A stretch of 58,007 nt of DNA, the filler included, from Stramenopiles sp. TOSAG23-3 (Eukaryota), in assembly GCA_900128585.1 (NCBI GenBank). It is 6 parts of 6 records of this genome, joined end to end, with 100 filler letters (N's around TTAATTAATTAA, not from the genome) between each part and the next. Parts side by side here need not be neighbours in the genome. Positions count along the whole stretch, not along the records: positions 17,424 to 34,694 come from LT642453.1; 5 more parts are not named here. One strand, 5' to 3'. Numbering within the stretch: position 1 is the stretch's first letter; each line of letters begins with the position of its first letter. A program made the position numbers and the translations under genes. The notes below the pieces were generated by a model. It was not told where the DNA came from. It searched no databases and saw nothing but the letters and a program-made list of their open reading frames with translations. Shown here piece after piece: positions 20,929 to 31,754 of this stretch.

Positions 20929-23082
20929 TTATACAAACGACTGCACCCCACTTGTTCGTGACGTTGCAGCTTCTTGAAAAGTAACAGGCTCTGCGTACAT
21001 CGGGTTTTCCCACTGGGTAATCCCCGAATCATTGTCGTAATAGTACGGTGTTCCATCGTCCGTTTCATGCATGGTCCACCGGGTCGGTTTTGGGCTCTGC
21101 ATTGCATTCCCATCAGCGGCGACCTTTTCACTTGTTGCGTCCTCTTTGGTGGCATCTTTCTTTGCTGCAGCGAGTTTTGCTGTCTTCTTCCACGAGAGTT
21201 TTCCGAATAAATTCCGTGTACTATTCGTCGCTCCATCTCCCATGTATGTCGACCCCCGGCCCTGTCTTATTTTCATTTGGGTATTTCTGATCTTCTGCAG
21301 CTGCTTTTTCAAGGCCATCGCCAACGGGTCGTTTTCGGAGCCTTCTTTTTTCATCTCCTCTGTGACCTGATGGAATGCCGTCTCAATAATGGCCAAACAC
21401 AAACTCATGACAATAAAAGTGACAAATAGCATATACGTGAGCAGCAGCAGTGGGCCAAGGACACGGTTAATATACCAAAGGTCTTCGCGCAGTTCCACGT
21501 CTACAAACATTGTGGAAATGCAAGTCAAGAAACTAATGTGGACGGATCGAAATGCAGCCAACTTGCTGCCAAAGGCGACGTGAAAAGCAATGGAATACCC
21601 AAAAATAACGATTGAAATCGTTATCAAACTGTAAAATAGTTCAATTCTCGCCCTTATTAGGGTTCGTACCACGACCGACAATTTTTTGCTAATTTGGACG
21701 TACTCGAACACGTTGACAACCGTGAAAATAATGCAGACGCTTAATATCCAATCTATGTAGTCGTCTACTGACGAAATGTACTGCAACACATCGCGCTTGG
21801 CAAATGCGTCAATCTTCCCTGAACTCGCCAACGCTTCCTTTGATGCTTTGTCGATCGACAGCATTCCTACAGCGAACAGCAACGCATAGTTCATAGCGTC
21901 GAACATCTTTCCCACCGTGCAATACTTTTTCCTATTTGTGTGGTGATAAAAGTTGCAGCACAGTTTGGTACAATATATGGAGACGAACAGGTACAAAAAG
22001 ACAAAGGCAACCGTGCGCCCAGTCTGGTCTCCCCTGTTGGACTGCTCGGCCTGGAATACATTTGTCGAGTAGTACGGGAATAAACTCCCAGCCGCCAAAA
22101 ATTCAAAACCAACTTGCATGTAGAGAAATAGACCTAGGCCCGGGCTGAACGCAGTGAAGTCGAGGTACACTGCGCGGGTCCCTTCGTCGACGTAGCCGTT
22201 GCGGTGCAACGTTTTGATCTTTTCTGTAAACGAATCCCCCACGGTTTCGCCAAGGCATGCATATCCGCGTTTTCCATAATTCAACGTATGAAATCCGCCA
22301 AATGTGTTTTCGAGCGGTTTTGGGTACAGTGTAAAACATTCTGCGACGGACTCTGGCACCAAAGATTTGTTAAAGGTCAGGTCCGTGTCGGTCAGTTCCG
22401 TGTCGAACGCGTAGTAGCACTTGTCCAGGGCCCCCGAAAGCGACGCCCCAACAAGCGCAGGAATAACGCACCCGCCCTCATCGTTAATCGGAGTTCCCTT
22501 AACTCGAACTTGGGTCAAGATGACCTTGTCCATGATGTAGATGTTTTTGTGGGCCTTTGCGTGGCAGCGAATGTCCTTTTCGTCCGTGCAGTTCTGGAAA
22601 AGATAGGAAAAGGGCCCTTCCAAAAACTCCCACATTTCTTCTTCTTCCCCAATCTGTCGGAACGATTTCCGGACGTTGATTCCTGGAAACTCTTCCTCGA
22701 TAATCACATCCACTATTGAATTTGTGAGGTAGTACGTGTCTGGGGTAGGCTGTTTCTGTACAAGACCAAAGGCGAACACGACGACGATGAACAGCACGTA
22801 AAACAGCAAAAGGAAAATTGGGTCCTCGTTGCCCGTCTCTTTGCACCACCTCCGGAACTTGCGCTGAAAGAACGGCTCGTCACTGGAGTCCGTCGCCCCG
22901 GCCCTTCTATTTTTTCTAGTGAATGATTCATGCGGCGCATTCTCGTCCCCTCCACCATTACTGGCACCCACGAGCTCTACGGCACTCTTAATTTTGACGA
23001 CCTTCTTCTTCCCACGCCCCTTTTTCTTGCTTAAAGGGTTCTTCATGTTTGTACTGCCGCAAGTCGTTGGTAAATCATGCAA
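20929..23082 (-). CDS. Polycystin-2/TRPP-like cation channel with C-terminal WW domain
   Basis: S1 TM; polycystin ectodomain (EMWEFLEGP, LTQVRV, YVDEGTRAVYLDFTAFSP); S2-S6 with FHVAFGSKLAAFRS and LGPLLLLTYMLFVTFIVMSLCLAII; WW RWTMHETDDGTPYYYDNDSGITQWENP. Confidence 0.9.
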   Translation of the reverse strand: MHDLPTTCGSTNMKNPLSKKKGRGKKKVVKIKSAVELVGASNGGGDENAPHESFTRKNRRAGATDSSDEPFFQRKFRRWCKETGNEDPIFLLLFYVLFIVVVFAFGLVQKQPTPDTYYLTNSIVDVIIEEEFPGINVRKSFRQIGEEEEMWEFLEGPFSYLFQNCTDEKDIRCHAKAHKNIYIMDKVILTQVRVKGTPINDEGGCVIPALVGASLSGALDKCYYAFDTELTDTDLTFNKSLVPESVAECFTLYPKPLENTFGGFHTLNYGKRGYACLGETVGDSFTEKIKTLHRNGYVDEGTRAVYLDFTAFSPGLGLFLYMQVGFEFLAAGSLFPYYSTNVFQAEQSNRGDQTGRTVAFVFLYLFVSIYCTKLCCNFYHHTNRKKYCTVGKMFDAMNYALLFAVGMLSIDKASKEALASSGKIDAFAKRDVLQYISSVDDYIDWILSVCIIFTVVNVFEYVQISKKLSVVVRTLIRARIELFYSLITISIVIFGYSIAFHVAFGSKLAAFRSVHISFLTCISTMFVDVELREDLWYINRVLGPLLLLTYMLFVTFIVMSLCLAIIETAFHQVTEEMKKEGSENDPLAMALKKQLQKIRNTQMKIRQGRGSTYMGDGATNSTRNLFGKLSWKKTAKLAAAKKDATKEDATSEKVAADGNAMQSPKPTRWTMHETDDGTPYYYDNDSGITQWENPMYAEPVTFQEAATSRTSGVQSFV

Positions 23083-24035
23083 TATGCAGTGCAGTGCCTC
23101 CTTTAAAAAATATATTCCTATCTTAACTTTGCAATTCCGGGAAATATACGGGGAAACCGGTGAAGATTGAGAATGTTGTTAGTAGTTAAACCATGACATC
23201 TTTTTCCATAGACATTTGCGTATTTAAAAAAAGAAAAATGGAAGCAAGGAAGGAATGTAAGTGAAATCTTTATTTAGTTGTTAGATGTTTTTTTTGAGAG
23301 ATGAATGATGATGTGGTTGTGTTGTTTTGTACATTACAATTTTGGCATTTTTTGTGAATTTCCTTAGATATAAACTACCTCCCATTACTTTTTGTGAACC
23401 AGTATATTTCTACTATAATGCCTTAAAAAGAGAGTCCATAGTTGGTGGGATCTCTTCAACTCTTTTAAAACAAAATGCACCTCAAAAACACCCCAAAATA
23501 TGCCACAAACTCAAACTCAACGGGAACGGATGGAAGACTGTCGAACGGCTAGCAGTCTGCCCGGCCCCACCTGCACCAAAGCATGCTCTATTCAAAAGAG
23601 CAAAGAACTAAAAAATTAACTTACGTTAAGAAAGAGGCTTGCTTATCATGCGGGGAAGTACGGCAAAACCAGTCCAGCCCATGGAGTTCAGGGAAAACAA
23701 AAATCGTTCGTGGTCTTCATGGTGGGCACGTGCGTGCCGTCGGGTGAGCGTTGGCACGCTTGTGTATATGTATAAATCGTTACAGGGTCTTCACCATTGG
23801 AAGGTCTTTAAAAACAGAGGGTATTTTTAGTATTTAAGGATTGACAATTCGGTAGTGAAGGAACACAGAACAAACTGAATTTTTCTTTTTTGTTAAGGAG
23901 AAAGTACGACAAAAAGTGGGAAAAAAATAAAAACCGTACAGTATGTATTTATTGCTTATTGCTCATTATAATTATTTAAATGTATTATGCCTCTCGTAGA
24001 CGACTATAATAATTGGAATATTTAATTAACTAAAG

Positions 24036-24053
24036 TAACCCTAACCCTAACCC
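24036..24053. repeat. Interstitial (TAACCC)3 telomere-like repeat
   Basis: TAACCCTAACCCTAACCC; degenerate copy at 13767-13784. Confidence 0.7.
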
Positions 24054-25184
24054 TTTTGTCTCCCTCCTTCTTCTCGAAACTTCACCTCCTTGTTTTCGTT
24101 GACCGGCACCTTTTGGTATTTGTTACTTGTTCGGTACCAAAAGGGAATAAAACATTTATAACACTATTAAGGATATATATGTACATTACGTCTTGTAAAT
24201 AATATTCTTCAATTTATAAATAAAAATACATCTAGGACTATATATAATATATATATAAATTATATCAGCTACAGTACCTTAAAATAGCAAAATAGATTAT
24301 TATTTATTTGATCCTCTTCTTTCATCTTGTTATTTCACTCTTCTTCCTTCGTTTTTTCCTTTTCTTTATTAGTGCATATCTGTACTACTAACGGTATAAC
24401 GTGAAATGAGATTAGGTCAAGCACTGTATTTCGAGAATATTTAAGGGGGCCTACGAATTCGATTAAAAAAACGGTACAATTTCAAATTATTTTATTTATT
24501 TATAAAAATTCTAAAATTACTAAAATATTCTAGTGATGTGTTTATATATTTCAATATGTGTACGGTATATATTGTACTTAAATGTATTCTTGTTTATTTT
24601 GATAGGTTAATGTTAGAAAAATAACCATTAAGTAAGCCATCAGCCAACAGCGGCTTGTGCATTTTACAACTGTCAGCACACACCACCACCATCCACTAAT
24701 ATAATAAATAGTCTAGCTGTACCAATTATATTATTTCTTTATCATGACAAGTCTCTTTCATCTTCTTCTTTTTTTTATTATTTTTATTATTATAATAATT
24801 ACCAGGTACAAGAAGACGACTACGGTTCCCGTATAAAATACCAGGTTCGTACACGGTGGTTCGGTTCCACCGGTTGCTATTGTATATTGATAATACAGAA
24901 TAATATTCTTATTATTTATATATCATTATATTTTTTATTTTTTTATTTTTGGTGGTGGTGGTGGTGGTGGTGTTAGTAGTTTCTTTTTTCGATTACAGGG
25001 CTATTATAGACAAATTTCTATTTGTTATACATGCCATCGTCTTGACTAAAGCTTATGATTCTATGCTCCACAATGAAGGCAATAACACACAAACTAACAC
25101 ACGCTCAAACGGCACCAGACTTGAGAAGGCATATTTATATTTATTCATACATACTTAACGTATCATTTCTTTAAAGATACCAAC

Positions 25185-26693
25185 ATGTTCTGTGCGATCT
25201 CGGGACAAGTTCCACAGGACCCTGTGTTCCTCGCGGAGACTGGGCTTGTGTACGAGAAACACTTGCTTTTGAAGAAGCTTGAAGAGGCGCCCGGCGTTTG
25301 TCCGGTGACCGGGAATGCTATTGCAGAGACTGATCTCATGGCAATCAAAGCAAACCCGGCGGTTACCCCTAGACCACCCAAGGCGACATCCATTACTAAC
25401 ATGTTGCAACTCTTCCAGGGCGAGTGGGACGCTGTGCTGTTAGAAACCCACGCCTTGAAGAAGCAGCTGTACCAAACACAACAGCAACTGAGCCAGTCCC
25501 TTTACCAGAACGATGCGGCGAACCGGGTCATTGCAAGGCTGCTGAAAGAGCGCGATGAATTGAAAAATGAACTCTCGAAAGCAGGCACAACGGCCGGCCG
25601 GTCCCCTGCCCCCACAAGCGTGCCCGCACCCGCGGAGGCCGTGGAAAGCGCCCTGCCCAAAGCGGTGATCGACAAGTTCGCCGCCCACCACCAAACAGTC
25701 GCCCCGACGCGGAGGAAACGCCTGAACCCGGACGGGTTCGTGGACGAGGTGGGAATCAAGGAGAATATGGTTGAGCTAGGCCGTTACACGCCGCATTCTG
25801 CCTCGAAGAAAGGGATACGTTGCGTGACCGTTCACCCCGACACGTCAGAGATCTTGACCGGGGGGAACGACGGCCAAGCAAAGATATTCTCCTTGGAAAC
25901 GAAGAAAGTCGTGGGGGTCATTCGGGGCCACACGAAACCTGTTACAGGCGCATGCTTTTTAGAAAACGATATGGTGGCCACGTCCTCGCTGGATAAAACT
26001 ATTCGGCTGTGGAACAAATCATCCAAAAAGAACCAATACACCAGTGGCGGAAAGATGACGCACCACGCGGGGCCCGTCAACTCGCTCGTGGCCCATCCTG
26101 TCGGCGGGTTTGTTGCCGCTGCGTCGGACGACAACACGTGGTCGTTCTGTGACGTGAACGAGGCCACTGCTATTTTTCAATCGTCGGAACACGATGAGGG
26201 TGTTCGGGCTGCTTCCGTGCACCCTGACGGGCTGCTACTGGGATTTGGCATGGGAAAACTGATTTCGCTCTGGGACGTGCGTGCACCGATGAGCAGCGCC
26301 AGCGTCACTTTAGAGGGAGCGCAAGGACAGGTCAACTGCATTAGTTTCTCCGAGAAAGGGTTTCAGCTGGCCTCCGGTGGAGATGACGGCGTAGTGAAAG
26401 TGTGGGATTTGAGAAAGAAGAACAAGGGCCTTTCTGGCGAGATCGCAAGTTTGAAGATGGGCGATAGCACTAGCCCCATTCGATCTGTGAACTTCGATTA
26501 CAGTGGGAATTACGTTGTCGCCACCGGCGACGACGTTCGTGTGTGGAAAATGAAATCGTGGGAAAATCCTTTAAACGTTTTTCGCGATTCCGACCGAGCA
26601 TCGGTAAATGGTGCCGCATTTTCAAAGAATGCAGCCATTCTTGCAACTGTTGCCGACGATCGAAACATGGTTATCTATGGTATAGACATATGA
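25185..26693 (+). CDS. PRP19: Pre-mRNA processing factor 19 (U-box, coiled coil, WD40)
   Basis: MFCAISGQVPQDPV U-box, SITNMLQLFQGEWDAVLLE, LSQSLYQNDAANRVIARLLKERD, WD40 repeats. Confidence 0.97.
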   Translation: MFCAISGQVPQDPVFLAETGLVYEKHLLLKKLEEAPGVCPVTGNAIAETDLMAIKANPAVTPRPPKATSITNMLQLFQGEWDAVLLETHALKKQLYQTQQQLSQSLYQNDAANRVIARLLKERDELKNELSKAGTTAGRSPAPTSVPAPAEAVESALPKAVIDKFAAHHQTVAPTRRKRLNPDGFVDEVGIKENMVELGRYTPHSASKKGIRCVTVHPDTSEILTGGNDGQAKIFSLETKKVVGVIRGHTKPVTGACFLENDMVATSSLDKTIRLWNKSSKKNQYTSGGKMTHHAGPVNSLVAHPVGGFVAAASDDNTWSFCDVNEATAIFQSSEHDEGVRAASVHPDGLLLGFGMGKLISLWDVRAPMSSASVTLEGAQGQVNCISFSEKGFQLASGGDDGVVKVWDLRKKNKGLSGEIASLKMGDSTSPIRSVNFDYSGNYVVATGDDVRVWKMKSWENPLNVFRDSDRASVNGAAFSKNAAILATVADDRNMVIYGIDI

Positions 26694-27393
26694 CGCGGAA
26701 AATTCAAATGCACGCCTGAATTCAAGTTTAAGAATAACAATAAGTTCTAACGATAAATTAAGACAGGAAAAATAATTTTACAGAAACGTTTGCTTAGTAT
26801 GATAGCGCGACAGAAACATTTGTTGACTGAATATTTTTTTTGGTATTTTATTTTATCACCAAAAATAGTTTTCGCGAAGAAGAAGTAAAATAAGAAATTG
26901 ATGGTGGAGAATGCCTATTACATTTATTATATACTACTACGGTCTACGAATTGACTGATGAAGACCATCACAGCTACTATTATCCATATAATAAAACAGT
27001 ATGCAGTATGCAGAGAAGAAGAAGAGAGAGAAAGAAGAAAAAAACGAAATTATTCAATAATATTTTTTATTATTAGACGACTAGTTTATTAGTGTGTATA
27101 CATTATGGCATCTTCTTCTCATACCTGGTACCTCTGAATTTCATTTTCAGTAGTACAGCTTACAACAACAAAACCACAAATTAAAATCCTCGACACTCTA
27201 GTCGTCTACTATACTAGACGATTATCAAAAAATATGACATTTATTAATAATACATTTTTTCTGTATGTCCCCGTCGGACCCATCAAGTTAAAGAAAGAAG
27301 CATAGAGTTTTACATTTATATCTAAACTAACCATGCTTCCCATACATTCACTCACAAACAAAGTCCAGGATTCCATGGACAATCGTTTTGTGT

Positions 27394-28242
27394 ATGTATA
27401 GTGACATTGAATTTATAGACCATTATGCAGTTCTCCTGGTTCCCTTTGGTACGACGGACGATGCGCTGCGCAAAGCGTACCGGAAGCGGTCCCTGCAACT
27501 TCACCCGGACAAGAACCAGGATCGAGTTGAGCAAGCGACTATTGAATTTGATAAGTTAAAAAAATCATTTGATATTTTGGCAGATCCCGCTAGCCGTGAA
27601 GCGTATGACAAATCGTTTTGTGCGAAACAGGAAGCGAAGAAACGGCACGACGCCATTGCGGTGGGACGGAAACGGGTGAAAGAAACCCTGGAAGAGCGGG
27701 AGCGGCAGGCTGTAGAGAAGGACCAACATGCGGGAAAGAGGCAGAAGCGCGAACGCGAAAGTAGTTTAAGGCAAGATAACATGGCGAGAATGGAATCCAC
27801 ACGGGACGAACTCAGGGAAAGTTCTAGAGAAACGATCTGTAACGCCACAAAAAGGGGGATAGTCGTAGTAAAGTGGAACAAGAAAGTAGTGGTTCATAAC
27901 GAAGAGACTTTGAGAGAACTCTTCGCTAGCCATGGGACGATAGCGATAATACGGGTTGGCAAAAAAAATAAGAGTGCAATTGTCCAATTCACTTCCGCGG
28001 CGGCAGCGAAAAGGGTGTCGTTGCATACTATTAGCGGTCTTAAGATTTCTCTCCCAGGGGAGAAACCTAGCAAGGACGTAATAGGTGCATCCGCGCAGAG
28101 AACGCCTACCCCTGAGAAGAAAATTGCTCCCACCATCAAAAGTACAAACGACTCCACGGCCAAAACGTTTGCATCGTTTGAATCCTCTGTACTTGAGAGG
28201 CTGAGGCGAGCAGCGCAAGCACAACGCGCAGGACAGCAGTAG
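27394..28242 (+). CDS. DNAJC17: J-domain protein with coiled coil and RRM, DNAJC17/Cwc23-like
   Basis: LRKAYRKRSLQLHPDKN; KETLEERERQA; VVKWNKK...LRELFASHG...SAIVQF RRM; C-terminal FESSVLERLRRAAQ. First in-frame ATG is 27394 (start uncertain). Confidence 0.85.
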   Translation: MYSDIEFIDHYAVLLVPFGTTDDALRKAYRKRSLQLHPDKNQDRVEQATIEFDKLKKSFDILADPASREAYDKSFCAKQEAKKRHDAIAVGRKRVKETLEERERQAVEKDQHAGKRQKRERESSLRQDNMARMESTRDELRESSRETICNATKRGIVVVKWNKKVVVHNEETLRELFASHGTIAIIRVGKKNKSAIVQFTSAAAAKRVSLHTISGLKISLPGEKPSKDVIGASAQRTPTPEKKIAPTIKSTNDSTAKTFASFESSVLERLRRAAQAQRAGQQ

Positions 28243-28538
28243 TAAACAAGTTCGTGAATCCGCATGAGCGCACTATTTTTATTTTATGAAAACATTTTTT
28301 GCACCTTTCTTTCTTCATGAAATATAAAACCAAAATGCATGGATAAACTCTATTAATAATTAAATGAAACAAAATATATTAAATATTACACAATTCTGCT
28401 AATCATACATATAAAAAAACAAAATATATAGTATGTTTTATATTTGCGCTTCGTATGTGTTTATTATTTTATAATTTGTGTTTTTTACAATTCCACTGAA
28501 ATCGTAATTGGTATAAAAGGAGAGTCTTAAGTCTTAAT

Positions 28539-28610
28539 CTAGATTTCAGTTCGCAGTACGCAGTACATTAATTTTAATTACTTATAAATAACAGCCAATT
28601 TTCTTGTTTT
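28539..28610 (+). mobile_element. Interspersed element (subfamily B) 3' fragment
   Basis: TTCAGTTCGCAGTAC...ATTAATTTTAATTACTT..AATAACAGCCAATTTTCTTGTTTT. Confidence 0.78.
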
Positions 28611-28689
28611 AAGTCTTTTTTTATTAAAGCATATGTTAGACTACTAGTCTATATAATTTGTTTTTACAATTCCACTATGATAGACGACT

Positions 28690-28845
28690 AACAGCAAGAA
28701 TTCTTCCTTTGCACTTTGTTTGTTTTTTGTTTTAGTGTTTGCAATCGTCATTTTATATCGACACAGCATCTCTTAAAATAAAGTAACAAGTCTCTTCGTT
28801 ATTAAAATGAAAGAAATAGATTCCAACACAAAAGTTACAACAAAC
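28690..28845 (+). repeat. Partial third copy of the left part of the ~680-bp repeat
   Basis: GCAATCG...ACACAGCATCTCTTAAAATAAA...AAAATGAAAGAAATA...CAACACAAA.TTACAACAAA matches 28965-29070. Confidence 0.8.
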
Positions 28846-28914
28846 AATATATTTTGGTAAAAGTAGAATACATATACACAGCATGTAAAAAAGAACCAAC
28901 TTTGTTTCAATGTA

Positions 28915-29594
28915 CCAACAACAATTGTTCTTTTGCAATTTTTTTGTTTCTTTTTTTTGTTTTAGCAATCGGTATATTATATGAACACAGCATCTCTTTA
29001 AATAAATTAACATTTCTTTTCGCTGTAAAAATGAAAGAAATATATTTCAACACAAACTTACAACAAAAATGACAAATTACCACTTTCTTAAAAAAAATAG
29101 AAAAGACGACCATCGTTGATTTTTTTAAAGAAAAATGCGATAGTAGACACCTGTTTAATAAAGTGTTCAGTGTCCTTGGCGCGAAAAAAATTCCGACTCG
29201 ATTTTCACAGTATGAAAACATTCTGCCCGAAAATGACAAAAAAAAGAGTGAAGAACGCCTAATGTCATAAGTTTAGATCAGGCAAATGTTCCGGTCACGA
29301 TGTCTGGCCCATAACGTACGTTTATAAATTGTTTGCCCTCAATTGACTTGGAAATGTGGTTCCTAGGGACAATTTTTTGTGAAATGGGCGATTTAGACCA
29401 AACGCTACACGAACAAACACTTACGCGTTTGTTGGTGTTGGGGAAACGAGTCGTACGGGTCTAATCTTAGCTATCTAAAACGATATTTGAGCGTTTAAAA
29501 TAGGGAAAATTATCCTTTATTCATAAAGATATCGTTGCCTCAAATAGTTAACACAAAGTTCTCCCCCAGTTTTCAATTCCGCGCCAAAGATACT
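28915..29594 (+). mobile_element. ~680-bp non-coding dispersed repeat, copy 1
   Basis: Colinear with 37186-37865 on another contig; internal inverted repeat 29169-29186 / 29577-29594. Confidence 0.85.
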
Positions 29595-29764
29595 TGCATC
29601 CTTGCTCTCGTCCCAACGTCTCATTTGAAATCATTGTATAGTATACTAATACAATATACTTATGTCCACCTATATTAAATATTCCCCAAAAAAACACGAT
29701 ACCTAGCTCGTATTCGATGATTTGGAGTTTGTAGAAGAAATATTTATATATTATATATAGGCTT

Positions 29765-29824
29765 AAACAAGAAAATTGGCTGTTATTTAAGTAATTAAAA
29801 TTTAGCTTTGTCATATACCGCGAA
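29765..29824 (-). mobile_element. Interspersed element (subfamily C) fragment
   Basis: AAACAAGAAAATTGGCTGTTATTTAAGTAATTAAAATTTAGCTTTGTCATATACCGCGAA. Confidence 0.8.
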
Positions 29825-30002
29825 AATGAATCTACTCAACAGTTGTCCATATATAATATAAGTGAAAATGAGAGCGGTGCAATTTTTTTTCCAATCATAA
29901 GACGAAAACAGAATTACAACCTCTGGACCCTGAACATCGCAATCAACCTCTTTGTTCTAAATGCTACCGCCGTGATCTCGTCCCCACCGTAATCAACAAC
30001 TG

Positions 30003-31136
30003 CTATACATTGATTGTCAAACGTTTTGATTTTGGTTCGTTTGCAACGGTGCGCGAACTGTCGGCCCGAAAAAGATATCGAGGACAGAAGGATTCAGTAC
30101 GCTTTCTTGATTCATTATTAAGTGGGATACCGTTTGCAAGCATGTACTCCTCCCGTGTTTTCTGTGGGTGTTTTAACAACTGTATACAGTGTTCAAAACT
30201 TCCTTCCATGGCATGGTCTAGGGCAGTCTTCTGGAACAGATCTTTCGCGCTTTCAGTGCCTTCACCCATGTACAGCAGAAATGAAACACAGTGCACTCTG
30301 TTCATGCGAGCTGCAGTATGCAGCACATTTTGACGTCGGTACGGTTCAACACAATTCAACCATTTCAATGAACCAACTCTATTACACTCATACATATACT
30401 TAACAACCTCTAATTTTGCATCGTATGCAATTGCATAATATATTGGCAAATTCCCAATGCAGTCCCGCTCCTCCAAGAGACGCTTCCTTGTGAGTAAGTA
30501 CGGTGTCTGGTTTAACGTGTTCTCCTCCATCCGTAACAGTTCTATAAGGTACGCTTTTGATGTTTTTTGCCAAGCTCGCTTGTCAAAGCTGTATACTGTA
30601 TGAACCATTCCATCTTGCAGACCATTTAAGAATACACCCGAAAGTTCATGGCGTGCTCTCATTTCATCAAGAATGAACTTTTGAACTTGTTTCTTGGCGT
30701 TGTAATGAATCGCAAACGACAAGGGCAGCATTTTTGTTTGCTTGTCCATAGTTACAAGTGCATCTTTGTTCGTCGGAACGTTTAAAAGTTCTTTAATGTG
30801 TTCTATTGTCGTGCAAGCCCAGTTCTTATGGGATGCGTTATGTAAATCTGTTATCATACCATCCTTTACGTTCCTCCCGTAATGTTCGTTGAAGCCGTGC
30901 GGCTTCATTAAATCAAGAATGTGATCTACAACCTGTTTGGAAGCGCTGCAAGTAACGGCGTAATAAATTGGAAGTTCTAAGCGTTTGTGCAGAATGACTT
31001 TGGAGAAAGGGTTCCACCCCTTACTCTTCCGTACAATCGACACTATGTGTTTCAAATTGCTCCCTTTCCAACGGACTTCATCGTCGTCATGCAGATACTG
31101 TATGCGCTTGATATCCTTCGATTGGTGTCCCCCCAT
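30003..31136 (-). CDS. Ankyrin-repeat protein with possible N-myristoylation
   Basis: LPIYYAV, LPLSFAI, GNLPIYYAI, QNVLHTAA and QKTALDHA ankyrin motifs; N-terminus MGGHQS fits MGxxxS. Confidence 0.85.
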   Translation of the reverse strand: MGGHQSKDIKRIQYLHDDDEVRWKGSNLKHIVSIVRKSKGWNPFSKVILHKRLELPIYYAVTCSASKQVVDHILDLMKPHGFNEHYGRNVKDGMITDLHNASHKNWACTTIEHIKELLNVPTNKDALVTMDKQTKMLPLSFAIHYNAKKQVQKFILDEMRARHELSGVFLNGLQDGMVHTVYSFDKRAWQKTSKAYLIELLRMEENTLNQTPYLLTRKRLLEERDCIGNLPIYYAIAYDAKLEVVKYMYECNRVGSLKWLNCVEPYRRQNVLHTAARMNRVHCVSFLLYMGEGTESAKDLFQKTALDHAMEGSFEHCIQLLKHPQKTREEYMLANGIPLNNESRKRTESFCPRYLFRADSSRTVANEPKSKRLTINV

Positions 31137-31691
31137 TTATCTTGCCTCGAACATCGAATTCTAGAATGGGAAACGGAAAAGATAAGCTTTAGATGCTAGA
31201 ATTTAAATTTGACAATCATATGTATATGAACGTGAAAGCATAATGTCATTGCATCAGTATAATTAGTTCCTTTTTCTACACCATTTGTTTTTGAATGCAA
31301 CTGTTTTTTAATAATACACATAGAAGAATGAATTATTATTATTGCATTGTTGAAGTGTGTTTTTTTTTTGCACGAAAAATGTTTTTTTAATATAAGAAGC
31401 TGCTTCTCTGATATTTATTATTGATAAAAAAATACACACCACTATCATATAAAATATATAGTCTATCATCATCATATTAAAAAAAAATTATAAATTAGTA
31501 GCATGACTTAAGACTTAAGACTTATAATATTAATAAGAAGACGCTCATTTTATATCAATAACATATTTTATTATATGATGATTATGATACTTGTTTGTAG
31601 ACTAATACACTGTATGTTATTAATAATTTAAGTAATATTATATTATTATTAGTTTTTGACATGATGATAAGCTTTTTTTTATTACTTACAT

Positions 31692-31754
31692 AAAAACAAG
31701 AAAATTGGCTTTTATATAAGCAATTAAAATGAATGTACTGCGAAGTGAACTCTA
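31692..31754 (-). mobile_element. Degenerate subfamily B fragment
   Basis: AAAAACAAGAAAATTGGCT...AATTAAAATGAATGTACTGCGAAGTGAACTCTA. Confidence 0.7.

Noticed and set aside
23327-23830. Short ORFs in the PKD2-PRP19 spacer and other AT-rich spacers
   Set aside because: Mostly non-ATG starts, low-complexity composition and no motifs.
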